A DNA stretch of 64,000 nucleotides from Candidatus Binatia bacterium (GTDB lineage: Bacteria; Desulfobacterota; Binatia; UBA9968; JAJDTQ01), in the NCBI GenBank assembly GCA_963666515.2, contig OY762897.2:2656001-2720000 (forward strand), written 5' to 3'. The notes below the pieces were generated by a model that worked only from the letters and a program-made list of their open reading frames with translations, did not search any database and was not told the DNA's origin. This document shows, piece after piece, positions 48,720 to 58,619 of the stretch; position 1 is the first letter of the stretch, and every line of letters starts with the position of its first letter. Both the position numbers and the translations under genes were made by a program.

Positions 48720-50083
48720 ACGGCCAAGTGACAGTGTCGCTATCTTCCGAAGTTCTCGATTCCGGATCGCCGGAAGAACGAGCGACGTTCGGTTCGTTTG
48801 CGGTGACGGCCAATGATCACCTGCTGACCTCTGGTGAGGATGTAGAACAAAAGGAGCTGCGCCACGGTCCGTATATTTCCGGTTATCCTATCGCCGAATG
48901 GCTCGCGTGGAACTGGTGGCGGCTTCGCTGGGAGGTCGGCCGTCCCTCCGATCGGGATGCCATGTCGCGTTGGGACTTCGCGCATTGTATGGCGACCATC
49001 GGCGAAGGTTACGTGTGGCCCAACATCACGATCTCCTCGGACGGAATGCAATCTTTCTTGATCTCCGAGCCTTCCCGTAACACCGAAAAGGTCTTGTTCC
49101 GTTACTCTGGAGCGCCGGGGCGCCAGAGGGTTCCAGCAGCCGAACTGGAAACTGCAATCGACGATTTCGTGGAAGATATACTGAACAGGCTCGATAGCGC
49201 GACAGTCCGAGAAAGCAATCTCCATCATCTTTGGAACGAACTGAAAAGCGAAAGAGCCGATCCTGAACTCGCGCGTTTTCGACGACTGGAAGCGCAACTA
49301 GGACTCGAACCGGATGAAGCGGACGAGAATGAGGTGCGCCGATACCTTGCCGACGCCGCCGAACTCGGGGAGGAGGCATTAGGTGAAATCGCTGCTGATG
49401 CGGTGCTGGGCGGTGGAAATTCGCGAAATATGTTTCGGGCGGCGGACTTTGCTCGGATCGCAAAGACAACCGGCTTCGACGCCGATCCGAAAGACGCGAT
49501 AGGGTTGAACGATGCAAAAGACCTTCTACCACCTTGGCAAGTCGAGGCCTGGAGCTTGGGAGAGCGATGCGCAAGAAAAATTCGTGGTCAAGAAAAACTG
49601 GGCGGGCAGCCAATTGACGACAAGACCTTGGCCGGCTTTGCAGGAATCGTTGGTGATGCGGTCTCGCTGGAAACACTGGATTCCGGGACAATGCCCATTT
49701 CCTTCGCACTGGACGCGGAAAGCGGCCATTCCAGAGTAGCGCTTCGGTCACGATGGAATACGGGGCGACGCTTTGACCTCGCCCGTCTGATTGGCGATCG
49801 TATGATGTGCACACGGTTTAGCAAGTCCCTCGAATGGCTCCTCCCCGCCACACGCGCTTCCAGCTATCGTCAGAAGATGCAGCGCGCATTCGCTGCGGAA
49901 CTCTTGAGTCCCTTCGCGTTCGTGGACAACATGATGGACGGCGATTATTCCGAAGAAAAACAGAACGAAGTCGCAGAGTACTTCAAGGTTTCTCCCATGA
50001 CTATTCAGACTCAACTAGTAAATCACCGTCGTATCGACCGCGACGATGCACCGGACGTCGTCAATCGTGACTGGGTCACTTAG
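48716..50083 (+). CDS. Protein with C-terminal degenerate ImmA/IrrE (M78)-like domain
   Basis: RRFDLARLIGD in place of RFxxAHExGH; QRAFAAELLSP; VAEYFKVSP HTH-like tail. Confidence 0.7.
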   Translation: MNGQVTVSLSSEVLDSGSPEERATFGSFAVTANDHLLTSGEDVEQKELRHGPYISGYPIAEWLAWNWWRLRWEVGRPSDRDAMSRWDFAHCMATIGEGYVWPNITISSDGMQSFLISEPSRNTEKVLFRYSGAPGRQRVPAAELETAIDDFVEDILNRLDSATVRESNLHHLWNELKSERADPELARFRRLEAQLGLEPDEADENEVRRYLADAAELGEEALGEIAADAVLGGGNSRNMFRAADFARIAKTTGFDADPKDAIGLNDAKDLLPPWQVEAWSLGERCARKIRGQEKLGGQPIDDKTLAGFAGIVGDAVSLETLDSGTMPISFALDAESGHSRVALRSRWNTGRRFDLARLIGDRMMCTRFSKSLEWLLPATRASSYRQKMQRAFAAELLSPFAFVDNMMDGDYSEEKQNEVAEYFKVSPMTIQTQLVNHRRIDRDDAPDVVNRDWVT

Positions 50084-50136
50084 GAGAGGCCTGAGGTGGT
50101 CCCGGAAAATCATCCTCCTCTATACCACACCACCAC

Positions 50137-50622
50137 TTACTCTATAGAACCTGCCCGAACCTGCCAAAAACGATCACCCTCTTCATCTTTGGTCACATAC
50201 AAAAGAAAATGACGCACCCCTTTTTGAACCCTCATCTTTCCGACACAAAACAACACAATCTCACTAGATTCATCCAACACATCCTTTGCCACCAACCCTG
50301 GCATCGCAAGAATTTGTATCGACTCTTCCCAACTCAGGGAAGAGCTTCTTCTTCCTAAAGCCGAACTCACCTGTATAGCCTGTATAGTCAGCGAAATCTT
50401 CTGCCTCAAGGCTACTAAATCCTCATGGCTATTATTTTTCCTCCTCATTTCTTTATACTCTCCCGTCCTATCTTCCACCTGCTTGTACACCTTCAATGCG
50501 TTGTATTTTTGCTTCAATTGAGGAGTAACTTCCGATATCCAATCATCACAAGACTTCTCTTCCCCGTACGCCGAACCAAACCCAAAAACCAACGCCAACC
50601 CAAGAACTCTTAATAACCTCAT
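50137..50622 (-). CDS. Low-GC secreted hypothetical protein
   Basis: Signal peptide MRLLRVLGLALVFGFGSAYG; purine-rich RBS. Confidence 0.6.
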   Translation of the reverse strand: MRLLRVLGLALVFGFGSAYGEEKSCDDWISEVTPQLKQKYNALKVYKQVEDRTGEYKEMRRKNNSHEDLVALRQKISLTIQAIQVSSALGRRSSSLSWEESIQILAMPGLVAKDVLDESSEIVLFCVGKMRVQKGVRHFLLYVTKDEEGDRFWQVRAGSIE

Positions 50623-50661
50623 CGTCCTTTTCCCTCCCTATTACCTATGGCCTTGCATATT

Positions 50662-51537
50662 CTATCTACTCCCCAAGCCTCGACCTGGTACAATGCGAGG
50701 CGGAGCGAACCCCCAGGCGAGTTCTTGGTCCGAAAACAGTAACCCGGCCAGATTACGGTTTCCCCCTTTGTGGTGAACCCAATAGGAACCGATCGCGGCG
50801 TCCATTTGTCGAGCAAGGTCGTCCATTAATGCCCAAAACTGACGTTGCGAGTCCTCGTTCTGGCTACCCATTCCATAAACGAACAGGCAGGCAATCCCAG
50901 GCTGCCCGCTATTGAAATATGGTCTTAGCCCGTATTCCAGTAGGTCGAAATCTGAGCGGTGCAGCTTATCATCATTCTCTCGGCCGCATTCCGAATATCT
51001 CATCGGGTCCATCGAAAACAGCCATGGCTTGTCGAGGCGGTCGGGGCAGCCCAACACGCCGTCCGGACTCAGTTGCTCGCGCCATGATGATGGGGATGGG
51101 GGGACAACCATTCTCGAATCGGCCCAAGTCTCCGCGAGTTTCTGATGCTTGGCTTCGTCCGTTTCCGTGATGCCGCCAGACAGCCGGTCAGCCCCAATGA
51201 CCGCCCGCAACAGTTCCGCGGAGTTCGGGTAGTGCTTTCCTGTCTTCAACTCATCGAACAGATTTACAATGTCGGGCCGGTACGCCTGCGATTTCCATGA
51301 CGCCCGGTACGCCTTCACAATCTCCCGTTCATTGCATTTAGGTTCGCCGGAAGCCTCAACCAAAGCATCGTATAGGAGATTCTTTTGGACATTCGATTCT
51401 TCGAGCTCTTCAAACGGCTTCATGCCATGAGTCAAAGCGACATGGAGCCTGCGGCGGCGATCGGCTTGCGCGAGACGCGCCGCCGCTTCGATTTCAACGC
51501 AATGCTGCAGGTAGTTTCCGTCGTTACCCTTTGCCAA
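50662..51537 (-). CDS. Hypothetical protein, divergent RlmJ-like SAM-methyltransferase fold
   Basis: GNDGNYLQH, LTHG, YPNS, ETD, SMDPMRY occur in RlmJ motif order. Confidence 0.5.
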   Translation of the reverse strand: MAKGNDGNYLQHCVEIEAAARLAQADRRRRLHVALTHGMKPFEELEESNVQKNLLYDALVEASGEPKCNEREIVKAYRASWKSQAYRPDIVNLFDELKTGKHYPNSAELLRAVIGADRLSGGITETDEAKHQKLAETWADSRMVVPPSPSSWREQLSPDGVLGCPDRLDKPWLFSMDPMRYSECGRENDDKLHRSDFDLLEYGLRPYFNSGQPGIACLFVYGMGSQNEDSQRQFWALMDDLARQMDAAIGSYWVHHKGGNRNLAGLLFSDQELAWGFAPPRIVPGRGLGSR

Positions 51538-52036
51538 GTGAGGCGTCTCCGTTGAGCCCGAAAGAGTCGTGCCATTGACGCTACCTTAACATCTGCCTGA
51601 TCGTTTCCGCCACCCGCTCGGCAGCTTCGCTCAGCGATGCGTCGTCGAGGTGGACGGTTCGTCGTGCTGACGCGGCGAAGCCCGAGCAGGCGTCCCGCGA
51701 CATGCAGGCCCTCCCCCCGCTACCTTACGAATGGATTGCCGGCGACTGGTGGCCGATCGGCCACAGTCGGGCTGAACGAGGAGAACACTGGAAAGTCGCG
51801 TCGGCAGAGTCTCTTGTAGTTGTGTCGATGAACTTCCGTTGCGGAGTTGTACTTTTTCGTCATACAAAACGTGCGCAATCATCGATTCTACCGAGGACAG
51901 ACCGACGGAAGCCAGTGCCGACCGCGTTGACGAGGCCATCTATCGAGGCAGCGACGCGCCGCCGGGAGCGGCCCTCCGTTACCACCACGACATTGATTGT
52001 GTTGACCACCCTTCCCAGCCGGCTTATTATTTTCTC

Positions 52037-52672
52037 ATGTCGAAGCGCACCTTCACCCGGCGCGGCGCCTTGATTGCCGTGGCAGCGGCGGGCGTCACAA
52101 CCCTGTCTTGTCTGGCCCGGACGCGGGCAACGCTCCTGGTCTATCCTTTTTCCGGACCCGCCGCCGGCCGCTCCCTCGGGCTCGCTCCGCCGCTTGCCTG
52201 CACGCGCGCCATACCCGAGCTGACCGATGGACCGTTCTACACCCCGGGGACGCCGCTTCGGACCAATCTGCGGGAACCGGGCACGAGCGGCCGGCCACTG
52301 GTGGTGCAGGGGCTCGTGCTCTCGCCGGACTGCCGCCCCATCGGCGGCGCCGTGGTGGACATCTGGCATTCCGACGAGCGCGGCCGCTACGACAATTCCG
52401 GTTTCCGGTATCGCGGCCACCAGTACACCGACGACGCCGGGGCGTTTCGTTTCGAGACCATCCGGCCCGTGCGGTATACCGGGCGCACGCCCCATATCCA
52501 CGTCAAGGTTCAGGGCCCGTCCACGCGCCTGCTCACGACGCAGCTCTACTTTCCCGACCTGCGCGACGAGAACGCCCGGGACTCGATCTACCACGACGAC
52601 CTTCTGCTGGACCTGAGCCGCACCCCGCAGGGCTGGCTCGGGCGCTTCGACTTCGTGCTCGCCCCGGCCTGA
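52037..52672 (+). CDS. Intradiol ring-cleavage dioxygenase-like protein with Tat-type signal
   Basis: TRRGAL; GPFY, DIWH...GRYD, RYTGRTPHIH, TTQLYF. Confidence 0.85.
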   Translation: MSKRTFTRRGALIAVAAAGVTTLSCLARTRATLLVYPFSGPAAGRSLGLAPPLACTRAIPELTDGPFYTPGTPLRTNLREPGTSGRPLVVQGLVLSPDCRPIGGAVVDIWHSDERGRYDNSGFRYRGHQYTDDAGAFRFETIRPVRYTGRTPHIHVKVQGPSTRLLTTQLYFPDLRDENARDSIYHDDLLLDLSRTPQGWLGRFDFVLAPA

Positions 52673-52757
52673 TGGCGACCGCCGGCGCAACGCATTGACC
52701 TCGCGGCGCCGGACCACGGACTCCCGGTTTCGACAGTCTCGTGCCCTGCGTCACGGC

Positions 52758-53090
52758 CTACCTCACGTAACGGAACTCCAGCGTGGTACAGCCTTCCTCG
52801 GTCCGGTAGGGACCGTGCTTCATTCCCGGGGGACGGCAGGCATACATCCCCTTCCTGAGAAGGCGGTCGCCATCCCACTGGCTCCCCTCCACGATGTACA
52901 CCTCCTCCCAGAAATCGTGGACGAAGGTCTCCGTGCTCGCCCCGCCGGGATCCACCTTGAGCATCCGGGTGACGAACCCGATCTCCGTATCCTCGGTCAG
53001 GATCTTCTGGTAGTGGCCCGGCGGCGCTCCCTCCACCGGCACCCAGGGCAGGTCGTCCACCGGAAAGAATTCGAGTTCTGGCTTGGGCAT
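52758..53090 (-). CDS. Cupin-domain protein (paralog of 33659..34015)
   Basis: HDFWEEV, RPPGMKHGPY. Confidence 0.85.
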   Translation of the reverse strand: MPKPELEFFPVDDLPWVPVEGAPPGHYQKILTEDTEIGFVTRMLKVDPGGASTETFVHDFWEEVYIVEGSQWDGDRLLRKGMYACRPPGMKHGPYRTEEGCTTLEFRYVR

Positions 53091-53171
53091 GGCGGACCTC
53101 CTTCGTTCATGGCGTTTCTATGCGCCGATGTGTTTCTATGCACCGGCGGCACCTATACTATCATACGAGGT

Positions 53172-54407
53172 ATGGGGCGCGGCACCGGGGAAATATTCAT
53201 CATCGCGGTCTTCTGCCTGGCGCAGTCGCTGGCGCAGATCGGCGCCATGACGTTCGCGGCGCTGCTGCCGGCCTTCTTCGCGGAATGGTCGCTCAGCCAC
53301 GCGGAGGCGGGCTGGCTTTCCGGCATCATGTTCGGCGCCTACGCCGCCGCGGTGCCGATCCTGTTGCCGATGACGGACCGCGTCGATGCGCGCAGGGTCT
53401 ACATGTGCGCGGTGTCCGTGACCATGCTTTCCCATCTCGGCATGGCCTTCCTTGCGGACGGCTTCTGGACCGGCCTTGTCTTTCGCGCGTTGAACGGCAT
53501 CGGCTGGGCCGGGACCTACATGGTGGGGCTCAAGGCGCTTTCCGACCAGGTGGAGGGGCCGGCGCAATCGCGCGCCGTGGCCGTTCATGGCGCCAGCACC
53601 GGCATCAGCAGCTCGTTCTCCTTCGTCATCGCCGGCGCGGTGACGGCGCACTTCGGCTGGCAGGCCGCGTTCATGGTGGGAGCGGGCGGGGCTTTCGGAG
53701 CGCTGCTGGTGGCCTTGACCCTGTTTCCGTCAAGTCCTCGGAGGGAGAGACCGGCTCCGCCGGTGCGGCTCGTGGACTTCAGGCCGGTGCTGCGCAACGC
53801 CTCGGTCATGGCCTATGCGCTGGGCTACTGCGTGCACACCTGGGAGATGTTCGTCGTCCGCTCCTGGATGGTGACCTTCCTGACCTTTGCGGCGGCCCAA
53901 GGGGACGGTGCGCCGAACTTTCTGGTCCCGACCATGGTGGCGACCCCGGCGAGCCTGCTCGGCACGGCCTCCAGCGTCCTCGGCAACGAGATGGCGCGGC
54001 GCATCGGGCGCAAGCGCTGGATACTGCTCGTCTTCACGGTGTCCATGGCGCTGGCGCTGTTGGTCGGGTTCACCGCGGGGATAGGATACGGCACGGCCGC
54101 TACCATCTGTCTCCTCTACAACGCGGCGATCTACGCGGATTCCTCGTCGCTCACCGCCGGCACGGTCGGCAACGCCGACCCGGAGAGGCGAGGCGCCGCG
54201 CTGGCCGTGCACGCGATGCTGGGCTACGGCGGCGGCTTCGTCGGACCGTTGATGATGGGCCTGATCCTGCACATGCTGGGCGGCGAAAGCGTCCTCAACT
54301 GGGGCATCGGCTTCGGCCACATCGCCATCGTGCTGCTGGCGGGGCCGCTGGCCATCCGGATCCTGAAGCCGCGTGACCTGCCCGGCGACCGCCCGAGCAC
54401 AGGCTAG
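53172..54407 (+). CDS. MFS transporter
   Basis: 12-TM pattern, MTDRVDARR. Confidence 0.88.
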   Translation: MGRGTGEIFIIAVFCLAQSLAQIGAMTFAALLPAFFAEWSLSHAEAGWLSGIMFGAYAAAVPILLPMTDRVDARRVYMCAVSVTMLSHLGMAFLADGFWTGLVFRALNGIGWAGTYMVGLKALSDQVEGPAQSRAVAVHGASTGISSSFSFVIAGAVTAHFGWQAAFMVGAGGAFGALLVALTLFPSSPRRERPAPPVRLVDFRPVLRNASVMAYALGYCVHTWEMFVVRSWMVTFLTFAAAQGDGAPNFLVPTMVATPASLLGTASSVLGNEMARRIGRKRWILLVFTVSMALALLVGFTAGIGYGTAATICLLYNAAIYADSSSLTAGTVGNADPERRGAALAVHAMLGYGGGFVGPLMMGLILHMLGGESVLNWGIGFGHIAIVLLAGPLAIRILKPRDLPGDRPSTG

Positions 54408-54417
54408 TGCGCGACCA

Positions 54418-55239
54418 TCAGGAGAATCGCCGCAAGGAAGTAGCGAGCCCCATGAGGGAAAGACTGTAGATCAGCCATTTTGATGGATCGAAATTGTACC
54501 ACTGGGGGCCGTTCCGATAATCACTTTGATACCTGTGGTGGTAGTTGTGGTAGCCCTCTCCGAAGGTGACGAGCGAGACCCACCAACTGTCACGGCTGGA
54601 ATCGGCTGCTCCGTGAGGCTGGGAGCCCCACAGATGGCAAATGGAATTGATGCAAAACGTGGAGTTCAAGACAAAAAAGGTCCGCCCGACTCCGGCGAGC
54701 AAGAAGCATCCGAGCCCCCCGAACCAGCCGTCGTACAAGAAGCCCACCACGAACGGAAGCGCCAGGCCGGAAAGGACGATGGGAATGTAGTAACGATGCT
54801 GCCACATGACGACGGCGTCCTGTTGCAGCTTGCGGGCGAACCTGTCGTCCTTATGGGGATCCTTCCAGAACAGCCAACCACAATGACTATGCCAGAATCC
54901 TCGCGTGGCGCTATAGGGGTCTCCTTCCCGGTCGCACCGGGCATGATGGCGGATATGATCGGCCGTCCATCTGAAGCCTGAATTCTGCAGAGCCCATCCT
55001 CCTGCGATCAAGAGGAGGCCTTTCACCCAATCGGTGCAAGCGAAACTCCGATGAGCCAGCAAGCGGTGGTACCCCACGGTGACGCCCAGTCCCGTGATGA
55101 TATAGAGCATCACGAACATGACCCAATCGAGCCACGAATAACCGTAAAAGTACGCGTACGCGGGCAACCCGACGACTGCACCGCCCACGACGCTGGCAAA
55201 CAACGTGATGTTCAAACGATTGGGGGTCCGTGTTGTCAT
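54418..55239 (-). CDS. Delta-9-type fatty acid desaturase
   Basis: His boxes HRLLAH, HIRHH, EGYHNYHH. Confidence 0.92.
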   Translation of the reverse strand: MTTRTPNRLNITLFASVVGGAVVGLPAYAYFYGYSWLDWVMFVMLYIITGLGVTVGYHRLLAHRSFACTDWVKGLLLIAGGWALQNSGFRWTADHIRHHARCDREGDPYSATRGFWHSHCGWLFWKDPHKDDRFARKLQQDAVVMWQHRYYIPIVLSGLALPFVVGFLYDGWFGGLGCFLLAGVGRTFFVLNSTFCINSICHLWGSQPHGAADSSRDSWWVSLVTFGEGYHNYHHRYQSDYRNGPQWYNFDPSKWLIYSLSLMGLATSLRRFS

Positions 55240-55268
55240 TCAATACTTCCTCTTTCCTTTTTCCTGCT

Positions 55269-56720
55269 CTACCCGCCTTCCACGATGCTTCCCCGCTCGA
55301 TGACGAAGGTCCGGTCGAGAAGCCTCGCGATGTGGACGTCGTTGGACTCGGCCACGAGCACGGAGGCGCCTTCCTTCTTGAGGTCGTCGAGTATCTCCAC
55401 CATGCGCTGGGCGAAAATCGGCGCGATGCCCTCGCCGGGCTCGTCCAGCAGCAGCAGCCGGGTGCCGCACATGAGCGCGCGGGCGAAGGCGACGAACTTC
55501 TGCTGGCCGCCGGACAGGCTGGTGGCGCCGCGGTGGCGGAATTCCTCGACCTCGGGCATGAGGCCGTAGATCCATTGGAGGCGTTCTCGGGCGTTTTCCG
55601 CGCCGGTGGCCCAGACCGGCAGCAGGATGTTCTCCTCCGCGGTCAGCTCGGGCACCAGCCGGCGGTCCTCGGGCATGAAGCCGATGCCCAGGTGCGCCCG
55701 GCGATGGGCCGGGGTGGCGGCCAGGTCGACGTCGCCGAGCCGTACCGTGCCCCGCTGGATCGACAGCGCGCCCATGACCGCCCGCATGAACGTGGTCTTG
55801 CCCGCGCCGTTCCGGCCGATGAGGCCGCACATGGAACCCGACGGGACGCTCAAATGGACCCCACGCAGGATCGGCGTGGCGCCGATGCCTACGTCGAGGT
55901 CGTCGACGGCGAGAGTCTCCTCCACGGATGAAGAACGCCCGGATGCCGCCGGCGGCGCTTCCGCACCCGCGTCATGACCCCGGCCCAGCACGTACTCCCG
56001 TACGCCTTCGTCCTGCATTGCCTGCACGGTGGGGGCGTCGCAGATGATTTCCCCCTGGTAGAAGGCGAGCACCCGGTCCACGTACCGCTCAACGATCTCC
56101 ATGTCGTGCTCGATGAACAATACGGTGGTGCGTTCCTCCTTCAGCGCCTGCATGAGGATGTCCATGATGGCGAACTTCTCTTCCGCGCTGATGCCGCTGG
56201 TGGGCTCGTCCAGCATGAGCAGCCTGGGCTTGCGCACCGTGGCCATGGCGATGTCCAGGAGCTTGCGGATGCCCTGGGGCAGCGCCGAGCCGATGACGTC
56301 CCGGTAGTCCGCGATCTGGTAGCGCGCCAGATGAGCTTCCACCCGCGCCGCCCGCTCTTCCTCCATGAGCGGCGTCAAAAGGCCCGCCCCGTCCTCCTCG
56401 GCGACGCCGAAGGCCATCATCAGGTTGTCGAAGACCGTCTCCGAGAGGAAAACCTGCGGGACCTGAAAGGAACGGCAGAGGCCCAGGCGCGTGATGGCCC
56501 GCACAGAGAGGCCGAGGATGTCGCGGCCCATGAACTCCACCGTGCCGCCGCCGGGCGGGAGGTGGCCGGTGACCAGGTTGACGAAGGTGGTCTTGCCGGC
56601 GCCGTTGGCGCCGATGACGCCGATGGTCTCGCCCTCCTCCACCACGACGTTGATGTCATGGGCGGCCACCACCGCGCCGAAGGACTTTTCCAGATCGTGG
56701 ACTTCCAGGACCGCGGACAT
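55269..56720 (-). CDS. Fused LivG-LivF ABC ATPase (two nucleotide-binding domains)
   Basis: GANGAGKTT/MLDEP and GRNGAGKTT/LSGGQ/LLDEP in one ORF. Confidence 0.88.
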   Translation of the reverse strand: MSAVLEVHDLEKSFGAVVAAHDINVVVEEGETIGVIGANGAGKTTFVNLVTGHLPPGGGTVEFMGRDILGLSVRAITRLGLCRSFQVPQVFLSETVFDNLMMAFGVAEEDGAGLLTPLMEEERAARVEAHLARYQIADYRDVIGSALPQGIRKLLDIAMATVRKPRLLMLDEPTSGISAEEKFAIMDILMQALKEERTTVLFIEHDMEIVERYVDRVLAFYQGEIICDAPTVQAMQDEGVREYVLGRGHDAGAEAPPAASGRSSSVEETLAVDDLDVGIGATPILRGVHLSVPSGSMCGLIGRNGAGKTTFMRAVMGALSIQRGTVRLGDVDLAATPAHRRAHLGIGFMPEDRRLVPELTAEENILLPVWATGAENARERLQWIYGLMPEVEEFRHRGATSLSGGQQKFVAFARALMCGTRLLLLDEPGEGIAPIFAQRMVEILDDLKKEGASVLVAESNDVHIARLLDRTFVIERGSIVEGG

Positions 56721-56726
56721 GGCCGG

Positions 56727-57713
56727 CTATGCCTCTTCTTTCCCGGTCCGAAGCGCCGCGCCCGCCCTTCTCCTGCTGCGCCACCGGTCCACCAGCGACC
56801 ACAGGCCGTTGGGCAGGAACATGATGATGGCGAGCAGCGTCCCGCCCATGATGAGCTGCCAGATTTCGGGGAACTTGTCGAAGGCGTAGGTGCGGATCAG
56901 CTCGTAGATCAAGGCGCCGATGAAGGGTGCGGTGACGTTGCCGGTGCCGCTCAGGATGGCGATGAAGACGAAGTCCCCGGACACCGGCCAGTACACCATG
57001 GAGTCCGGGTCTACGTGGCCGATGGTGAGGGCGGCGATGGCGCCGCCGAAACCGCCAAGGAGTCCGGAGACGACGAACTTGGCGTGGACCGCCCGTTCCC
57101 CGGAGTAGCCCAGGTAACCCAGCCGGATCTCGTTCTCGCGCACCGCGGTGGTCATGTTGCCCAGGGTGGAGCGCAGGTAGAGGTGCACCAGCACCGCCAC
57201 CCCCCAGGTCAGGATGACCGCGAACACGAACAGCGCGGTCTTGTTCTCCGCTCCCAGCGGCGCGTACCAGAGGTAGGTCGTCGTCTCCAGGCTGATGCCG
57301 TCGGTGGATCCCAGCTCCTCCAACTTGGCCAGCACGCCGTAGAGGATCATGGAGAACGCCATGTTCAACAGCGCGAAGAAGATGCCGCGGTACTGCCGCA
57401 GCAGGAACCCCAGGCCGTACGCAAGCAGGCCCGCGGTCACCACCGCGCAGGCGATGGTCAGGAAGGCGTCGGTGATGCCCAGGTACCGGCTCATCAGGCC
57501 CACGGTGTAGGCGCCGACGCCGAAGTAGAGCGCGTGACCGAAGGAGATCAGCCCGCAGCGCCACAGCACCAGGAGACCCAGCGCCACCGAACCCCGGGCC
57601 AGGGAAAGGGTAAGGATGGAACGGAACCAGTCCGGCACCACGAAGTTGAGCAGCAGCAGCGCAACGAGGCCGATGGTCAGGCCCCAGAGGGTCTTGTCCT
57701 GGCGCCAGGTCAT
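56727..57713 (-). CDS. Branched-chain amino acid ABC permease (LivM-like)
   Basis: ISFGHALYFGVGAY, AVRENE. Confidence 0.9.
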   Translation of the reverse strand: MTWRQDKTLWGLTIGLVALLLLNFVVPDWFRSILTLSLARGSVALGLLVLWRCGLISFGHALYFGVGAYTVGLMSRYLGITDAFLTIACAVVTAGLLAYGLGFLLRQYRGIFFALLNMAFSMILYGVLAKLEELGSTDGISLETTTYLWYAPLGAENKTALFVFAVILTWGVAVLVHLYLRSTLGNMTTAVRENEIRLGYLGYSGERAVHAKFVVSGLLGGFGGAIAALTIGHVDPDSMVYWPVSGDFVFIAILSGTGNVTAPFIGALIYELIRTYAFDKFPEIWQLIMGGTLLAIIMFLPNGLWSLVDRWRSRRRAGAALRTGKEEA

Positions 57714-58612
57714 ATGGTCCTCGGCTTGGCGGGCGCGAACAGGCCCTGGGGCCGGACGATGAGCACCGCAGCCATGATCAGGTAGATGACGAACAGCTCC
57801 AGGGCCGGCTCCTGGTGCACCGCGAACGCCCGCGCCACGCCCACGATCACCGAGCCGATGAGGGCGCCGGGAATGCTGCCCATGCCGCCGATGACCACCA
57901 CGGCGAAGGCCAGCACGATCACCTCCACCCCGATGCCCGGCTGCACCGAGATCGCCGGCGCCTGGTAGGCGCCGCCCAGCGCCCCCAGGAACGAGCCCAG
58001 CATGAAGGTCAACAGGAAGATCCGGTTGACGTTGATTCCCATGGCCTGGGCCAGCTCCCGGTCATAGATCACCGCCAGCAGAAGCTTGCCGAACTGGGTC
58101 CGGTTGAGCCCGTACCACAGCACCGCGGCCACCACGGCCGACAACAGCACCATGGACAGGCTGTAGTTGTCGAAGGGAAGTCCGGCGATCTCCGTCGAGC
58201 CCAGCAGCCCGAGGGGCTCCGGCGCGAGGTAGGGGTCGGTGCCCCAGATCAGCAGCAGCACGTCCTCCAGCACAAGGAACGCCGCGAAAGTCGCCAGCAC
58301 GATGATGTGCTCGTCCTCGTGATAGAGGTGGCGGAGCAGGCCGCGCTCGATGATGACGCCGAAGAGCACGCCGAGGAAGGCCGCGGCGAACAACATCACC
58401 GCGAAGGCGCCGAACTGGGGCCAGTCCACCTGGAAATAGAGGATCAGCAGCGTGGCCGTGAGATAGGCGCCGAACGCGTAGAGCGCGCCGTGGGTGACGT
58501 TGAGGAGCTTCTGGACCCCGCAGATGACGGTCAGGCCCACGGCGACCATGAACAGGTACGAACCGTAGACCAGACCGTCAACGAGGATGATCAGTAGGAG
58601 CTCGGGATCCAA
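57710..58612 (-). CDS. Branched-chain amino acid ABC permease (LivH-like)
   Basis: GLTVI.G...LNVTHG, VVIGGMGS. Confidence 0.9.
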   Translation of the reverse strand: MDPELLLIILVDGLVYGSYLFMVAVGLTVICGVQKLLNVTHGALYAFGAYLTATLLILYFQVDWPQFGAFAVMLFAAAFLGVLFGVIIERGLLRHLYHEDEHIIVLATFAAFLVLEDVLLLIWGTDPYLAPEPLGLLGSTEIAGLPFDNYSLSMVLLSAVVAAVLWYGLNRTQFGKLLLAVIYDRELAQAMGINVNRIFLLTFMLGSFLGALGGAYQAPAISVQPGIGVEVIVLAFAVVVIGGMGSIPGALIGSVIVGVARAFAVHQEPALELFVIYLIMAAVLIVRPQGLFAPAKPRTI

Positions 58613-58619
58613 CGGTTCC

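Noticed and set aside
42500-52000. Integron cassette array explaining the accessory genes
   Set aside because: Mixed gene orientations, no convincing RYYYAAC...GTTRRRY attC pairs and no intI seen
51540-52030. Short ORFs between the RlmJ-like gene and the dioxygenase
   Set aside because: No recognisable motif or RBS; possibly decayed sequence but unsupported
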